A stretch of 64,000 bases of DNA from Eledone cirrhosa (taxonomy: Eukaryota). The notes beneath the pieces were generated by a model. That model was given only the letters and a program-made list of their open reading frames with translations. It was not told where the DNA came from and ran no database searches. Position 1 is the stretch's first letter. Each line of letters begins with the position of its first letter. The position numbers and the translations under genes were made by a program. The stretch covers positions 372,434,001-372,498,000 of the forward strand of contig OZ024742.1 of the NCBI GenBank assembly GCA_964016885.1, given 5' to 3'. Positions 47,301-62,000 of the stretch are shown one piece after another.

Positions 47301-48300
47301 AATCTGATTCTATAAACTGTAAATCTCTTTCTATATAAACTGTAAATCTCATTCTATATAAACTGTAAATCCCTTTCTATATAAACTGTAAATCTCATTC
47401 TATATAAACTGTAAATCTCATTCTATAAACTGTAAATCTCTTTCTATATAAACTCTTAATCTCATTCTATATAAACTGTAAATCTCATTCTATAAACTGT
47501 AAATCTCATTCTATATAAACTGTAAATCTCTTTCTATATAACCTGTAAATCTCTTTCTATATAACCTGTAAATCTCTTTCTATATAAACTGTAAATCTCA
47601 TGCTATAGACTGTAAATCTCATTCTATATGAACTGTAAATCTCTTTCTATATAAACTGTAAATCTCATTCTATATAAACTGTAAATCTCATTCTATATAA
47701 TCTGTAAATCTCATTCGATAAACTGTAAATCTTTTTCTATATGAACTGTAAATCTCATTCTATATAAAATGTAAATCTCATTCTATAAACTGTAAATCTC
47801 TTTCTAAATAAACTGTAAATCTCATTCTATATAAACTGTAAATCTCTTTCTATATAAACTGTAAATTTCATTCTATAAACTCTAAATCTCTTTCTATATA
47901 AACTGTAAATCTCATTCTATATAAACTGTAAATCTCTTTCTATATAAACTGTAAATCTCATTCTATATAAACTGTAAATCTCATTCTATATAAACTGTAA
48001 ATCTCATTCTATAAACTGTAAATCTCTTTCTATATAAACTGTAAATCTCATTCTATATAAGCTGTAAATCTCATTCTATTAACTGTAAATCTCATTCTAT
48101 ATAAACTGTAAATCTCATTCTATATAAACTGTATATATCATTCTATAAACTGTAAATCTCTTTCTATATAAACTGTAAATCTCATTCTATAAACTGTAAA
48201 TCTCGTTCTATATAAACTGTAAATCTCTTTCCATATGAACTGTAAATCTCTTTCTATATAAACTCTGAATCTCATTCTATATAAGCTGTAAATCTCATTC
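44120..48300. repeat. 2087-bp higher-order repeat unit, two tandem copies (recurs at ~54.9-59.05 kb and ~59.1-62.4 kb)
   Basis: CATGCTATAG lies at 45515/47602, 56266/58353 and 59632/61719, each pair 2087 bp apart. TTCGATA lies at 45629/47716. Confidence 0.88.
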
Positions 48301-48909
48301 TATGAACTGTAAATCTCTTTCTATATAAACTGTAAATCTCATTCTATATAAACTGTGAATCTCTTTCTATATAAACTGTAAATTTTATTCTATAAACTGT
48401 AAATCTCTTTCTATATAAACTGTAAATCTCATTCTATATAAACTGTAAATCTCTTTCTATATAAACTGTAAATCTCATTCTATATAAACTGTGAATCTCA
48501 TTCTATAAACTGTAAATCTCTTTCTATATAAACTGTAAATATCATTCTATATACACTGTAAATCTCTTTCTATATAAACTGTAAATCTCATTCTATATAA
48601 ACTGTAAATCTCATTCTATAAACTGTAAATCTCTTTCTATATAAACTGTAAATCTCGTTCTATATAAGCTGTAAATCTCATTCTATAAACTGTAAATCTC
48701 TTTCTATATAAACTGTAAATCTCATTCTATATTAACTGTATATATCATTCTATAAACTGTAAATCTCATTCTATAAACTGTAAATCTCTTTCTATATAAA
48801 CTGTAAATCTCATTCTATATAAACTGTAAATCTCTTTCTATATGAAATGTAAATCTCATTATATATAAATTGTAAATCTCATTCTATAAACTGTGAATCT
48901 CATTCTATA

Positions 48910-51900
48910 TAAACTGTAAATCTCATTCTATATACACTGTAAATCTCTTTCTATATAAACTGTAAATCTCATTCTATATAAACTGTTAATCTCATTCTAT
49001 AAACTGTAAATCTCTTTCTATATAAACTGTAAATCTCATTCTATATAAGCTGTAAATCTCATTCTATGAACTGTAAATCTCTTTCTATATAAACTGTAAA
49101 TCTCATTCTATATAAACTGTATATATCATTCTATAAACTGTAACTCTCATTCTATAAACTGTAAATCTCGTTCTATATAAACTGTAAATCTCTTTCCATA
49201 TGAACTGTAAATCTCTTTCTATATAAACTCTGAATCTCATTCTATATAAGCTGTAAATCTCATTCTATGATCTGTAAATCTCTTTCTATATAAACTGTAA
49301 ATCTCATTCTATATAAACTGTGAATCTCTTTCTATATAAACTGTAAATTTCATTCTATAAACTGTAAATCTCTTTCTATATAAACTGTAAATCTCATTCT
49401 ATATAAACTGTAAATCTCTTTCTATATAAACTGTAAATATCATTCTATATAAACTGTGAATCTCATTCTATAAACTGTAAATCTCTTTCTATATAAACTG
49501 TAAATATCATTCTATATACACTGTAAATCTCTTTCTATATAAACTGTAAATCTCATTCTATATAAACTGTAAATCTCATTCTATAAACTGTAAATCTCTT
49601 TCTATATAAACTGTAAATCTCGTTCTATATAAGCTGTAAATCTCATTCTATAAACTGTAAATCTCTTTCTATATAAACTGTAAATCTCATTCTATATAAA
49701 CTGTATATATCATTCTATAAACTGTAAATCTCATTCTATAAACTGTAAATCTCTTTCTATATAAACTGTAAATCTCATTCTATATAAACTGTAAATCTCT
49801 TTCTATATGAACTGTAAATCTCATTATATATAAACTGTAAATCTCATTCTATAAACTGTGAATCTCATTCTATATAAACTGTAAATCTCATTCTATATAC
49901 ACTGTAAATCTCTTTCTATATAAACTGTAAATCTCATTCTATATAAACTGTAAATCTCATTCTATAAACTGTAAATCTCTTTCCATATAAACTGTAAATC
50001 TCATTCTATATAAGCTGTAAATCTCATTCTATAAACTGTACATATCTTTCTATATAAACTGTAAATCTCATTCTATATAAACTGTATATATCATTCTATA
50101 AACTGTAAATCTCATTCTATAAACTGTAAATCTCTTTCTATATAAACTGTAAATCTCATTCTATATAAACTGTAAATCTTATTCTATATTAACTGTAAAT
50201 CTGATTCTATAAACTGTAAATCTCTTTCTATATAAACTGTAAATCTCATTCTATATAAACTGTAAATCTCTTTCTATATAAACTGTAAATCTCATTCTAT
50301 ATAAACTGTAAATCTCATTCTATAAACTGTAAATCTCTTTCTATATAAACTCTTAATCTCATTCTATATAAACTGTAAATCTCATTCTATAAACTATAAA
50401 TCTCATTCTATATAAACTGTAAATCTCTTTTTATATAACCTGTAAATCTCTTTCTATATAACCTGTAAATCTCTTTCTATATAAACTGTAAATCTCATGC
50501 TATAGACTGTAAATCTCATTCTATATGAACTGTAAATCTCTTTCTATATAAACTGTAAATCTCATTCTATATAAACTGTAAATCTCATTCTATATAATCT
50601 GTAAATCTCATTCGATAAACTGTAAATCTTTTTCTATATAAACTGTAAATCTCATTCTATATAAAATGTAAATCTCATTCTATAAACTGTAAATCTCTTT
50701 CTAAATAAACTGTAAATCTCATTCTATATAAACTGTAAATCTCTTTCTATATAAACTGTAAATCTCATTCTATAAACTGTAAATCTCTTTCTATATAAAC
50801 TGTAAATCTCGTTCTATATAAGCTGTAAATCTCATTCTATAAACTGTAAATCTCTTTCTATATAAACTGTAAATCTCATTCTATATACACTGTAAATCTC
50901 TTTCTATATAAACTGTAAATCTCATTCTATATAAACTGTTAATCTCATTCTATAAACTGTAAATCTCTTTCTATATAAACTGTAAATCTCATTCTATATA
51001 AGCTGTAAATCTCATTCTATGAACTGTAAATCTCTTTCTATATAAACTGTAAATCTCATTCTATATAAACTGTATATATCATTCTATAAACTGTAACTCT
51101 CATTCTATAAACTGTAAATCTCGTTCTATATAAACTGTAAATCTCTTTCCATATGAACTGTAAATCTCTTTCTATATAAACTCTGAATCTCATTCTATAT
51201 AAGCTGTAAATCTCATTCTATGATCTGTAAATCTCTTTCTATATAAACTGTAAATCTCATTCTATATAAACTGTGAATCTCTTTCTATATAAACTGTAAA
51301 TTTCATTCTATAAACTGTAAATCTCTTTCTATATAAACTGTAAATCTCATTCTATATAAACTGTAAATCTCTTTCTATATAAACTGTAAATATCATTCTA
51401 TATAAACTGTGAATCTCATTCTATAAACTGTAAATCTCTTTCTATATAAACTGTAAATATCATTCTATATACACTGTAAATCTCTTTCTATATAAACTGT
51501 AAATCTCATTCTATATAAACTGTAAATCTCATTCTATAAACTGTAAATCTCTTTCTATATAAACTGTAAATCTCGTTCTATATAAGCTGTAAATCTCATT
51601 CTATAAACTGTAAATCTCTTTCTATATAAACTGTAAATCTCATTCTATATAAACTGTATATATCATTCTATAAACTGTAAATCTCATTCTATAAACTGTA
51701 AATCTCTTTCTATATAAACTGTAAATCTCATTCTATATAAACTGTAAATCTCTTTCTATATGAACTGTAAATCTCATTATATATAAACTGTAAATCTCAT
51801 TCTATAAACTGTGAATCTCATTCTATATAAACTGTAAATCTCATTCTATATACACTGTAAATCTCTTTCTATATAAACTGTAAATCTCATTCTATATAAA

Positions 51901-52830
51901 CTGTAAATCTCATTCTATAAACTGTAAATCTCTTTCCATATAAACTGTAAATCTCATTCTATATAAGCTGTAAATCTCATTCTATAAACTGTACATATCT
52001 TTCTATATAAACTGTAAATCTCATTCTATATAAACTGTATATATCATTCTATAAACTGTAAATCTCATTCTATAAACTGTAAATCTCTTTCTATATAAAC
52101 TGTAAATCTCATTCTATATAAACTGTAAATCTTATTCTATATTAACTGTAAATCTGATTCTATAAACTGTAAATCTCTTTCTATATAAACTGTAAATCTC
52201 ATTCTATATAAACTGTAAATCTCTTTCTATATAAACTGTAAATCTCATTCTATATAAACTGTAAATCTCATTCTATAAACTGTAAATCTCTTTCTATATA
52301 AACTCTTAATCTCATTCTATATAAACTGTAAATCTCATTCTATAAACTATAAATCTCATTCTATATAAACTGTAAATCTCTTTCTATATAACCTGTAAAT
52401 CTCTTTCTATATAACCTGTAAATCTCTTTCTATATAAACTGTAAATCTCATGCTATAGACTGTAAATCTCATTCTATATGAACTGTAAATCTCTTTCTAT
52501 ATAAACTGTAAATCTCATTCTATATAAACTGTAAATCTCATTCTATATAATCTGTAAATCTCATTCGATAAACTGTAAATCTTTTTCTATATAAACTGTA
52601 AATCTCATTCTATATAAAATGTAAATCTCATTCTATAAACTGTAAATCTCTTTCTAAATAAACTGTAAATCTCATTCTATATAAACTGTAAATCTCTTTC
52701 TATATAAACTGTAAATCTCATTCTATAAACTGTAAATCTCTTTCTATATAAACTGTAAATCTCGTTCTATATAAGCTGTAAATCTCATTCTATAAACTGT
52801 AAATCTCTTTCTATATAAACTGTAAATCTC
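48910..52830. repeat. Tandem duplication, period 1953 bp, with a third partial copy 2154 bp further on
   Basis: GTACATATCTTT lies at 50041, 51994 and 54148. CATGCTATAG lies at 50499, 52452 and 54606. Confidence 0.8.
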
Positions 52831-55800
52831 ATTCTATATTAACTGTATATATCATTCTATAAACTGTAACTCTCATTCTATAAACTGTAAATCTCGTTCT
52901 ATATAAACTGTAAATCTCTTTCCATATGAACTGTAAATCTCTTTCTATATAAACTCTGAATCTCATTCTATATAAGCTGTAAATCTCATTCTATGATCTG
53001 TAAATCTCTTTCTATATAAACTGTAAATCTCATTCTATATAAACTGTGAATCTCTTTCTATATAAACTGTAAATTTCATTCTATATACACTGTAAATCTC
53101 TTTCTATATAAACTGTAAATCTCATTCTATATAAACTGTAAATCCCTTTCTATATAAACTGTAAATCTCATTCTATATAAACTGTAAGTCTCATTCTATA
53201 AACTGTAAATCTCTTTCTATATAAACTGTAAATCTCATTCTATATAAACTGTAAATCCCTTTCTATATAAACTGTAAATCTCATTCTATATAAACTGTAA
53301 GTCTCATTCTATAAACTGTAAATCTCTTTCTATATAAACTCTTAATCTCATTCTATATAAACTGTAAATCTCATTCTATAAACTGTAAATCTCATTCTAT
53401 ATAAACTGTAAATCTCTTTCTATATAACCTGTAAATCTCTTTCTATATAACCTGTAAATCTCTTTCTATATAAACTGTAAATCTCATGCTATAGACTGTA
53501 AATCTCATTCTATATGAACTGTAAATCTCTTTCTATATAAACTGTAAATCTCATTCTATATAAACTGTAAATCTCATTCTATATAATCTGTAAATCTCAT
53601 TCGATAAACTGTAAATCTTTTTCTATATGAACTGTAAATCTCATTCTATATAAAATGTAAATCTCATTCTATAAACTGTAAATCTCTTTCTAAATAAACT
53701 GTAAATCTCATTCTATAAACTGTAAATCTCTTTCTATATAAACTGTAAATCTCATTCTATATTAACTGTATATATCATTCTATAAACTGTAACTCTCATT
53801 CTATAAACTGTATATATCATTCTATAAACTGTAAATCTCATTCTATAAACTGTAAATCTCTTTCTATATAAACTGTAAATCTCATTCTATATAAACTGTA
53901 AATCTCTTTCTATATGAACTGTAAATCTCATTATATATAAACTGTAAATCTCATTCTATAAACTGTGAATCTCATTCTATATAAACTGTAAATCTCATTC
54001 TATATACACTGTAAATCTCTTTCTATATAAACTGTAAATCTCATTCTATATAAACTGTAAATCTCATTCTATAAACTGTAAATCTCTTTCCATATAAACT
54101 GTAAATCTCATTCTATATAAGCTGTAAATCTCATTCTATAAACTGTACATATCTTTCTATATAAACTGTAAATCTCATTCTATATAAACTGTATATATCA
54201 TTCTATAAACTGTAAATCTCATTCTATAAACTGTAAATCTCTTTCTATATAAACTGTAAATCTCATTCTATATAAACTGTAAATCTTATTCTATATTAAC
54301 TGTAAATCTGATTCTATAAACTGTAAATCTCTTTCTATATAAACTGTAAATCTCATTCTATATAAACTGTAAATCTCTTTCTATATAAACTGTAAATCTC
54401 ATTCTATATAAACTGTAAATCTCATTCTATAAACTGTAAATCTCTTTCTATATAAACTCTTAATCTCATTCTATATAAACTGTAAATCTCATTCTATAAA
54501 CTATAAATCTCATTCTATATAAACTGTAAATCTCTTTCTATATAACCTGTAAATCTCTTTCTATATAACCTGTAAATCTCTTTCTATATAAACTGTAAAT
54601 CTCATGCTATAGACTGTAAATCTCATTCTATATGAACTGTAAATCTCTTTCTATATAAACTGTAAATCTCATTCTATATAAACTGTAAATCTCATTCTAT
54701 ATAATCTGTAAATCTCATTCGATAAACTGTAAATCTTTTTCTATATAAACTGTAAATCTCATTCTATATAAAATGTAAATCTCATTCTATAAACTGTAAA
54801 TCTCTTTCTAAATAAACTGTAAATCTCATTCTATATAAACTGTAAATCTCTTTCTATATAAACTGTAAATCTCATTCTATAAACTGTAAATCTCTTTCTA
54901 TATAAACTGTAAATCTCGTTCTATATAAGCTGTAAATCTCATTCTATAAACTGTAAATCTCTTTCTATATAAACTGTAAATCTCATTCTATATTAACTGT
55001 ATATATCATTCTATAAACTGTAACTCTCATTCTATAAACTGTAAATCTCGTTCTATATAAACTGTAAATCTCTTTCCATATGAACTGTAAATCTCTTTCT
55101 ATATAAACTCTGAATCTCATTCTATATAAGCTGTAAATCTCATTCTATGATCTGTAAATCTCTTTCTATATAAACTGTAAATCTCATTCTATATAAACTG
55201 TGAATCTCTTTCTATATAAACTGTAAATTTCATTCTATAAACTGTAAATCTCTTTCTATATAAACTGTAAATATCATTCTATATACACTGTAAATCTCTT
55301 TCTATATAAACTGTAAATCTCATTCTATATAAACTGTAAATCTCATTCTATAAACTGTAAATCTCTTTCTATATAAACTGTAAATCTCGTTCTATATAAG
55401 CTGTAAATCTCATTCTATAAACTGTAAATCTCTTTCTATATAAACTGTAAATCTCATTCTATATAAACTGTATATATCATTCTATAAACTGTAAATCTCA
55501 TTCTATAAACTGTAAATCTCTTTCTATATAAACTGTAAATCTCATTCTATATAAACTGTAAATCTCTTTCTATATGAACTGTAAATCTCATTATATATAA
55601 ACTGTAAATCTCATTCTATAAACTGTGAATCTCATTCTATATAAACTGTAAATCTCATTCTATATACACTGTAAATCTCTTTCTATATAAACTGTAAATC
55701 TCATTCTATATAAACTGTAAATCTCATTCTATAAACTGTAAATCTCTTTCCATATAAACTGTAAATCTCATTCTATATAAGCTGTAAATCTCATTCTATA

Positions 55801-58800
55801 AACTGTACATCTCTTTCTATATAAACTGTAAATCTCATTCTATATAAACTGTATATATCATTCTATAAACTGTAAATCTCATTCTATAAACTGTAAATCT
55901 CTTTCTATATAAACTGTAAATCTCATTCTATATAAACTGTAAATCTTATTCTATATTAACTGTAAATCTGATTCTATAAACTGTAAATCTCTTTCTATAT
56001 AAACTGTAAATCTCATTCTATATAAACTGTAAATCCCTTTCTATATAAACTGTAAATCTCATTCTATATAAACTGTAAGTCTCATTCTATAAACTGTAAA
56101 TCTCTTTCTATATAAACTCTTAATCTCATTCTATATAAACTGTAAATCTCATTCTATAAACTGTAAATCTCATTCTATATAAACTGTAAATCTCTTTCTA
56201 TATAACCTGTAAATCTCTTTCTATATAACCTGTAAATCTCTTTCTATATAAACTGTAAATCTCATGCTATAGACTGTAAATCTCATTCTATATGAACTGT
56301 AAATCTCTTTCTATATAAACTGTAAATCTCATTCTATATAAACTGTAAATCTCATTCTATATAATCTGTAAATCTCATTCGATAAACTGTAAATCTTTTT
56401 CTATATGAACTGTAAATCTCATTCTATATAAAATGTAAATCTCATTCTATAAACTGTAAATCTCTTTCTAAATAAACTGTAAATCTCATTCTATATAAAC
56501 TGTAAATCTCTTTCTATATAAACTGTAAATTTCATTCTATAAACTCTAAATCTCTTTCTATATAAACTGTAAATCTCATTCTATATAAACTGTAAATCTC
56601 TTTCTATATAAACTGTAAATCTCATTCTATATAAACTGTAAATCTCATTCTATATAAACTGTAAATCTCATTCTATAAACTGTAAATCTCTTTCTATATA
56701 AACTGTAAATCTCATTCTATATAAGCTGTAAATCTCATTCTATTAACTGTAAATCTCATTCTATATAAACTGTAAATCTCATTCTATATAAACTGTATAT
56801 ATCATTCTATAAACTGTAAATCTCTTTCTATATAAACTGTAAATCTCATTCTATAAACTGTAAATCTCGTTCTATATAAACTGTAAATCTCTTTCCATAT
56901 GAACTGTAAATCTCTTTCTATATAAACTCTGAATCTCATTCTATATAAGCTGTAAATCTCATTCTATAAACTGTAAATCTCTTTCTATATAAACTGTAAA
57001 TCTCGTTCTATATAAGCTGTAAATCTCATTCTATAAACTGTAAATCTCTTTCTATATAAACTGTAAATCTCATTCTATATTAACTGTATATATCATTCTA
57101 TAAACTGTAACTCTCATTCTATAAACTGTAAATCTCGTTCTATATAAACTGTAAATCTCTTTCCATATGAACTGTAAATCTCTTTCTATATAAACTCTGA
57201 ATCTCATTCTATATAAGCTGTAAATCTCATTCTATGATCTGTAAATCTCTTTCTATATAAACTGTAAATCTCATTCTATATAAACTGTGAATCTCTTTCT
57301 ATATAAACTGTAAATTTCATTCTATAAACTGTAAATCTCTTTCTATATAAACTGTAAATATCATTCTATATACACTGTAAATCTCTTTCTATATAAACTG
57401 TAAATCTCATTCTATATAAACTGTAAATCTCATTCTATAAACTGTAAATCTCTTTCTATATAAACTGTAAATCTCGTTCTATATAAGCTGTAAATCTCAT
57501 TCTATAAACTGTAAATCTCTTTCTATATAAACTGTAAATCTCATTCTATATAAACTGTATATATCATTCTATAAACTGTAAATCTCATTCTATAAACTGT
57601 AAATCTCTTTCTATATAAACTGTAAATCTCATTCTATATAAACTGTAAATCTCTTTCTATATGAACTGTAAATCTCATTATATATAAACTGTAAATCTCA
57701 TTCTATAAACTGTGAATCTCATTCTATATAAACTGTAAATCTCATTCTATATACACTGTAAATCTCTTTCTATATAAACTGTAAATCTCATTCTATATAA
57801 ACTGTAAATCTCATTCTATAAACTGTAAATCTCTTTCCATATAAACTGTAAATCTCATTCTATATAAGCTGTAAATCTCATTCTATAAACTGTACATCTC
57901 TTTCTATATAAACTGTAAATCTCATTCTATATAAACTGTATATATCATTCTATAAACTGTAAATCTCATTCTATAAACTGTAAATCTCTTTCTATATAAA
58001 CTGTAAATCTCATTCTATATAAACTGTAAATCTTATTCTATATTAACTGTAAATCTGATTCTATAAACTGTAAATCTCTTTCTATATAAACTGTAAATCT
58101 CATTCTATATAAACTGTAAATCCCTTTCTATATAAACTGTAAATCTCATTCTATATAAACTGTAAATCTCATTCTATAAACTGTAAATCTCTTTCTATAT
58201 AAACTCTTAATCTCATTCTATATAAACTGTAAATCTCATTCTATAAACTGTAAATCTCATTCTATATAAACTGTAAATCTCTTTCTATATAACCTGTAAA
58301 TCTCTTTCTATATAACCTGTAAATCTCTTTCTATATAAACTGTAAATCTCATGCTATAGACTGTAAATCTCATTCTATATGAACTGTAAATCTCTTTCTA
58401 TATAAACTGTAAATCTCATTCTATATAAACTGTAAATCTCATTCTATATAATCTGTAAATCTCATTCGATAAACTGTAAATCTTTTTCTATATGAACTGT
58501 AAATCTCATTCTATATAAAATGTAAATCTCATTCTATAAACTGTAAATCTCTTTCTAAATAAACTGTAAATCTCATTCTATATAAACTGTAAATCTCTTT
58601 CTATATAAACTGTAAATTTCATTCTATAAACTCTAAATCTCTTTCTATATAAACTGTAAATCTCATTCTATATAAACTGTAAATCTCTTTCTATATAAAC
58701 TGTAAATCTCATTCTATATAAACTGTAAATCTCATTCTATATAAACTGTAAATCTCATTCTATAAACTGTAAATCTCTTTCTATATAAACTGTAAATCTC

Positions 58801-59079
58801 ATTCTATATAAGCTGTAAATCTCATTCTATTAACTGTAAATCTCATTCTATATAAACTGTAAATCTCATTCTATATAAACTGTATATATCATTCTATAAA
58901 CTGTAAATCTCTTTCTATATAAACTGTAAATCTCATTCTATAAACTGTAAATCTCGTTCTATATAAACTGTAAATCTCTTTCCATATGAACTGTAAATCT
59001 CTTTCTATATAAACTCTGAATCTCATTCTATATAAGCTGTAAATCTCATTCTATGAACTGTAAATCTCTTTCTATATAA

Positions 59080-62000
59080 ACTGTAAATCTCATTCTATAA
59101 ACTGTAAATCTCTTTCCATATAAACTGTAAATCTCATTCTATATAAGCTGTAAATCTCATTCTATAAACTGTACATCTCTTTCTATATAAACTGTAAATC
59201 TCATTCTATATAAACTGTATATATCATTCTATAAACTGTAAATCTCATTCTATAAACTGTAAATCTCTTTCTATATAAACTGTAAATCTCATTCTATATA
59301 AACTGTAAATCTTATTCTATATTAACTGTAAATCTGATTCTATAAACTGTAAATCTCTTTCTATATAAACTGTAAATCTCATTCTATATAAACTGTAAAT
59401 CCCTTTCTATATAAACTGTAAATCTCATTCTATATAAACTGTAAATCTCATTCTATAAACTGTAAATCTCTTTCTATATAAACTCTTAATCTCATTCTAT
59501 ATAAACTGTAAATCTCATTCTATAAACTGTAAATCTCATTCTATATAAACTGTAAATCTCTTTCTATATAACCTGTAAATCTCTTTCTATATAACCTGTA
59601 AATCTCTTTCTATATAAACTGTAAATCTCATGCTATAGACTGTAAATCTCATTCTATATGAACTGTAAATCTCTTTCTATATAAACTGTAAATCTCATTC
59701 TATATAAACTGTAAATCTCATTCTATATAATCTGTAAATCTCATTCGATAAACTGTAAATCTTTTTCTATATGAACTGTAAATCTCATTCTATATAAAAT
59801 GTAAATCTCATTCTATAAACTGTAAATCTCTTTCTAAATAAACTGTAAATCTCATTCTATATAAACTGTAAATCTCTTTCTATATAAACTGTAAATTTCA
59901 TTCTATAAACTCTAAATCTCTTTCTATATAAACTGTAAATCTCATTCTATATAAACTGTAAATCTCTTTCTATATAAACTGTAAATCTCATTCTATATAA
60001 ACTGTAAATCTCATTCTATATAAACTGTAAATCTCATTCTATAAACTGTAAATCTCTTTCTATATAAACTGTAAATCTCATTCTATATAAGCTGTAAATC
60101 TCATTCTATTAACTGTAAATCTCATTCTATATAAACTGTAAATCTCATTCTATATAAACTGTATATATCATTCTATAAACTGTAAATCTCTTTCTATATA
60201 AACTGTAAATCTCATTCTATAAACTGTAAATCTCGTTCTATATAAACTGTAAATCTCTTTCCATATGAACTGTAAATCTCTTTCTATATAAACTCTGAAT
60301 CTCATTCTATATAAGCTGTAAATCTCATTCTATAAACTGTAAATCTCTTTCTATATAAACTGTAAATCTCGTTCTATATAAGCTGTAAATCTCATTCTAT
60401 AAACTGTAAATCTCTTTCTATATAAACTGTAAATCTCATTCTATATTAACTGTATATATCATTCTATAAACTGTAACTCTCATTCTATAAACTGTAAATC
60501 TCGTTCTATATAAACTGTAAATCTCTTTCCATATGAACTGTAAATCTCTTTCTATATAAACTCTGAATCTCATTCTATATAAGCTGTAAATCTCATTCTA
60601 TGATCTGTAAATCTCTTTCTATATAAACTGTAAATCTCATTCTATATAAACTGTGAATCTCTTTCTATATAAACTGTAAATTTCATTCTATAAACTGTAA
60701 ATCTCTTTCTATATAAACTGTAAATATCATTCTATATACACTGTAAATCTCTTTCTATATAAACTGTAAATCTCATTCTATATAAACTGTAAATCTCATT
60801 CTATAAACTGTAAATCTCTTTCTATATAAACTGTAAATCTCGTTCTATATAAGCTGTAAATCTCATTCTATAAACTGTAAATCTCTTTCTATATAAACTG
60901 TAAATCTCATTCTATATAAACTGTATATATCATTCTATAAACTGTAAATCTCATTCTATAAACTGTAAATCTCTTTCTATATAAACTGTAAATCTCATTC
61001 TATATAAACTGTAAATCTCTTTCTATATGAACTGTAAATCTCATTATATATAAACTGTAAATCTCATTCTATAAACTGTGAATCTCATTCTATATAAACT
61101 GTAAATCTCATTCTATATACACTGTAAATCTCTTTCTATATAAACTGTAAATCTCATTCTATATAAACTGTAAATCTCATTCTATAAACTGTAAATCTCT
61201 TTCCATATAAACTGTAAATCTCATTCTATATAAGCTGTAAATCTCATTCTATAAACTGTACATCTCTTTCTATATAAACTGTAAATCTCATTCTATATAA
61301 ACTGTATATATCATTCTATAAACTGTAAATCTCATTCTATAAACTGTAAATCTCTTTCTATATAAACTGTAAATCTCATTCTATATAAACTGTAAATCTT
61401 ATTCTATATTAACTGTAAATCTGATTCTATAAACTGTAAATCTCTTTCTATATAAACTGTAAATCTCATTCTATATAAACTGTAAATCCCTTTCTATATA
61501 AACTGTAAATCTCATTCTATATAAACTGTAAATCTCATTCTATAAACTGTAAATCTCTTTCTATATAAACTCTTAATCTCATTCTATATAAACTGTAAAT
61601 CTCATTCTATAAACTGTAAATCTCATTCTATATAAACTGTAAATCTCTTTCTATATAACCTGTAAATCTCTTTCTATATAACCTGTAAATCTCTTTCTAT
61701 ATAAACTGTAAATCTCATGCTATAGACTGTAAATCTCATTCTATATGAACTGTAAATCTCTTTCTATATAAACTGTAAATCTCATTCTATATAAACTGTA
61801 AATCTCATTCTATATAATCTGTAAATCTCATTCGATAAACTGTAAATCTTTTTCTATATGAACTGTAAATCTCATTCTATATAAAATGTAAATCTCATTC
61901 TATAAACTGTAAATCTCTTTCTAAATAAACTGTAAATCTCATTCTATATAAACTGTAAATCTCTTTCTATATAAACTGTAAATTTCATTCTATAAACTCT

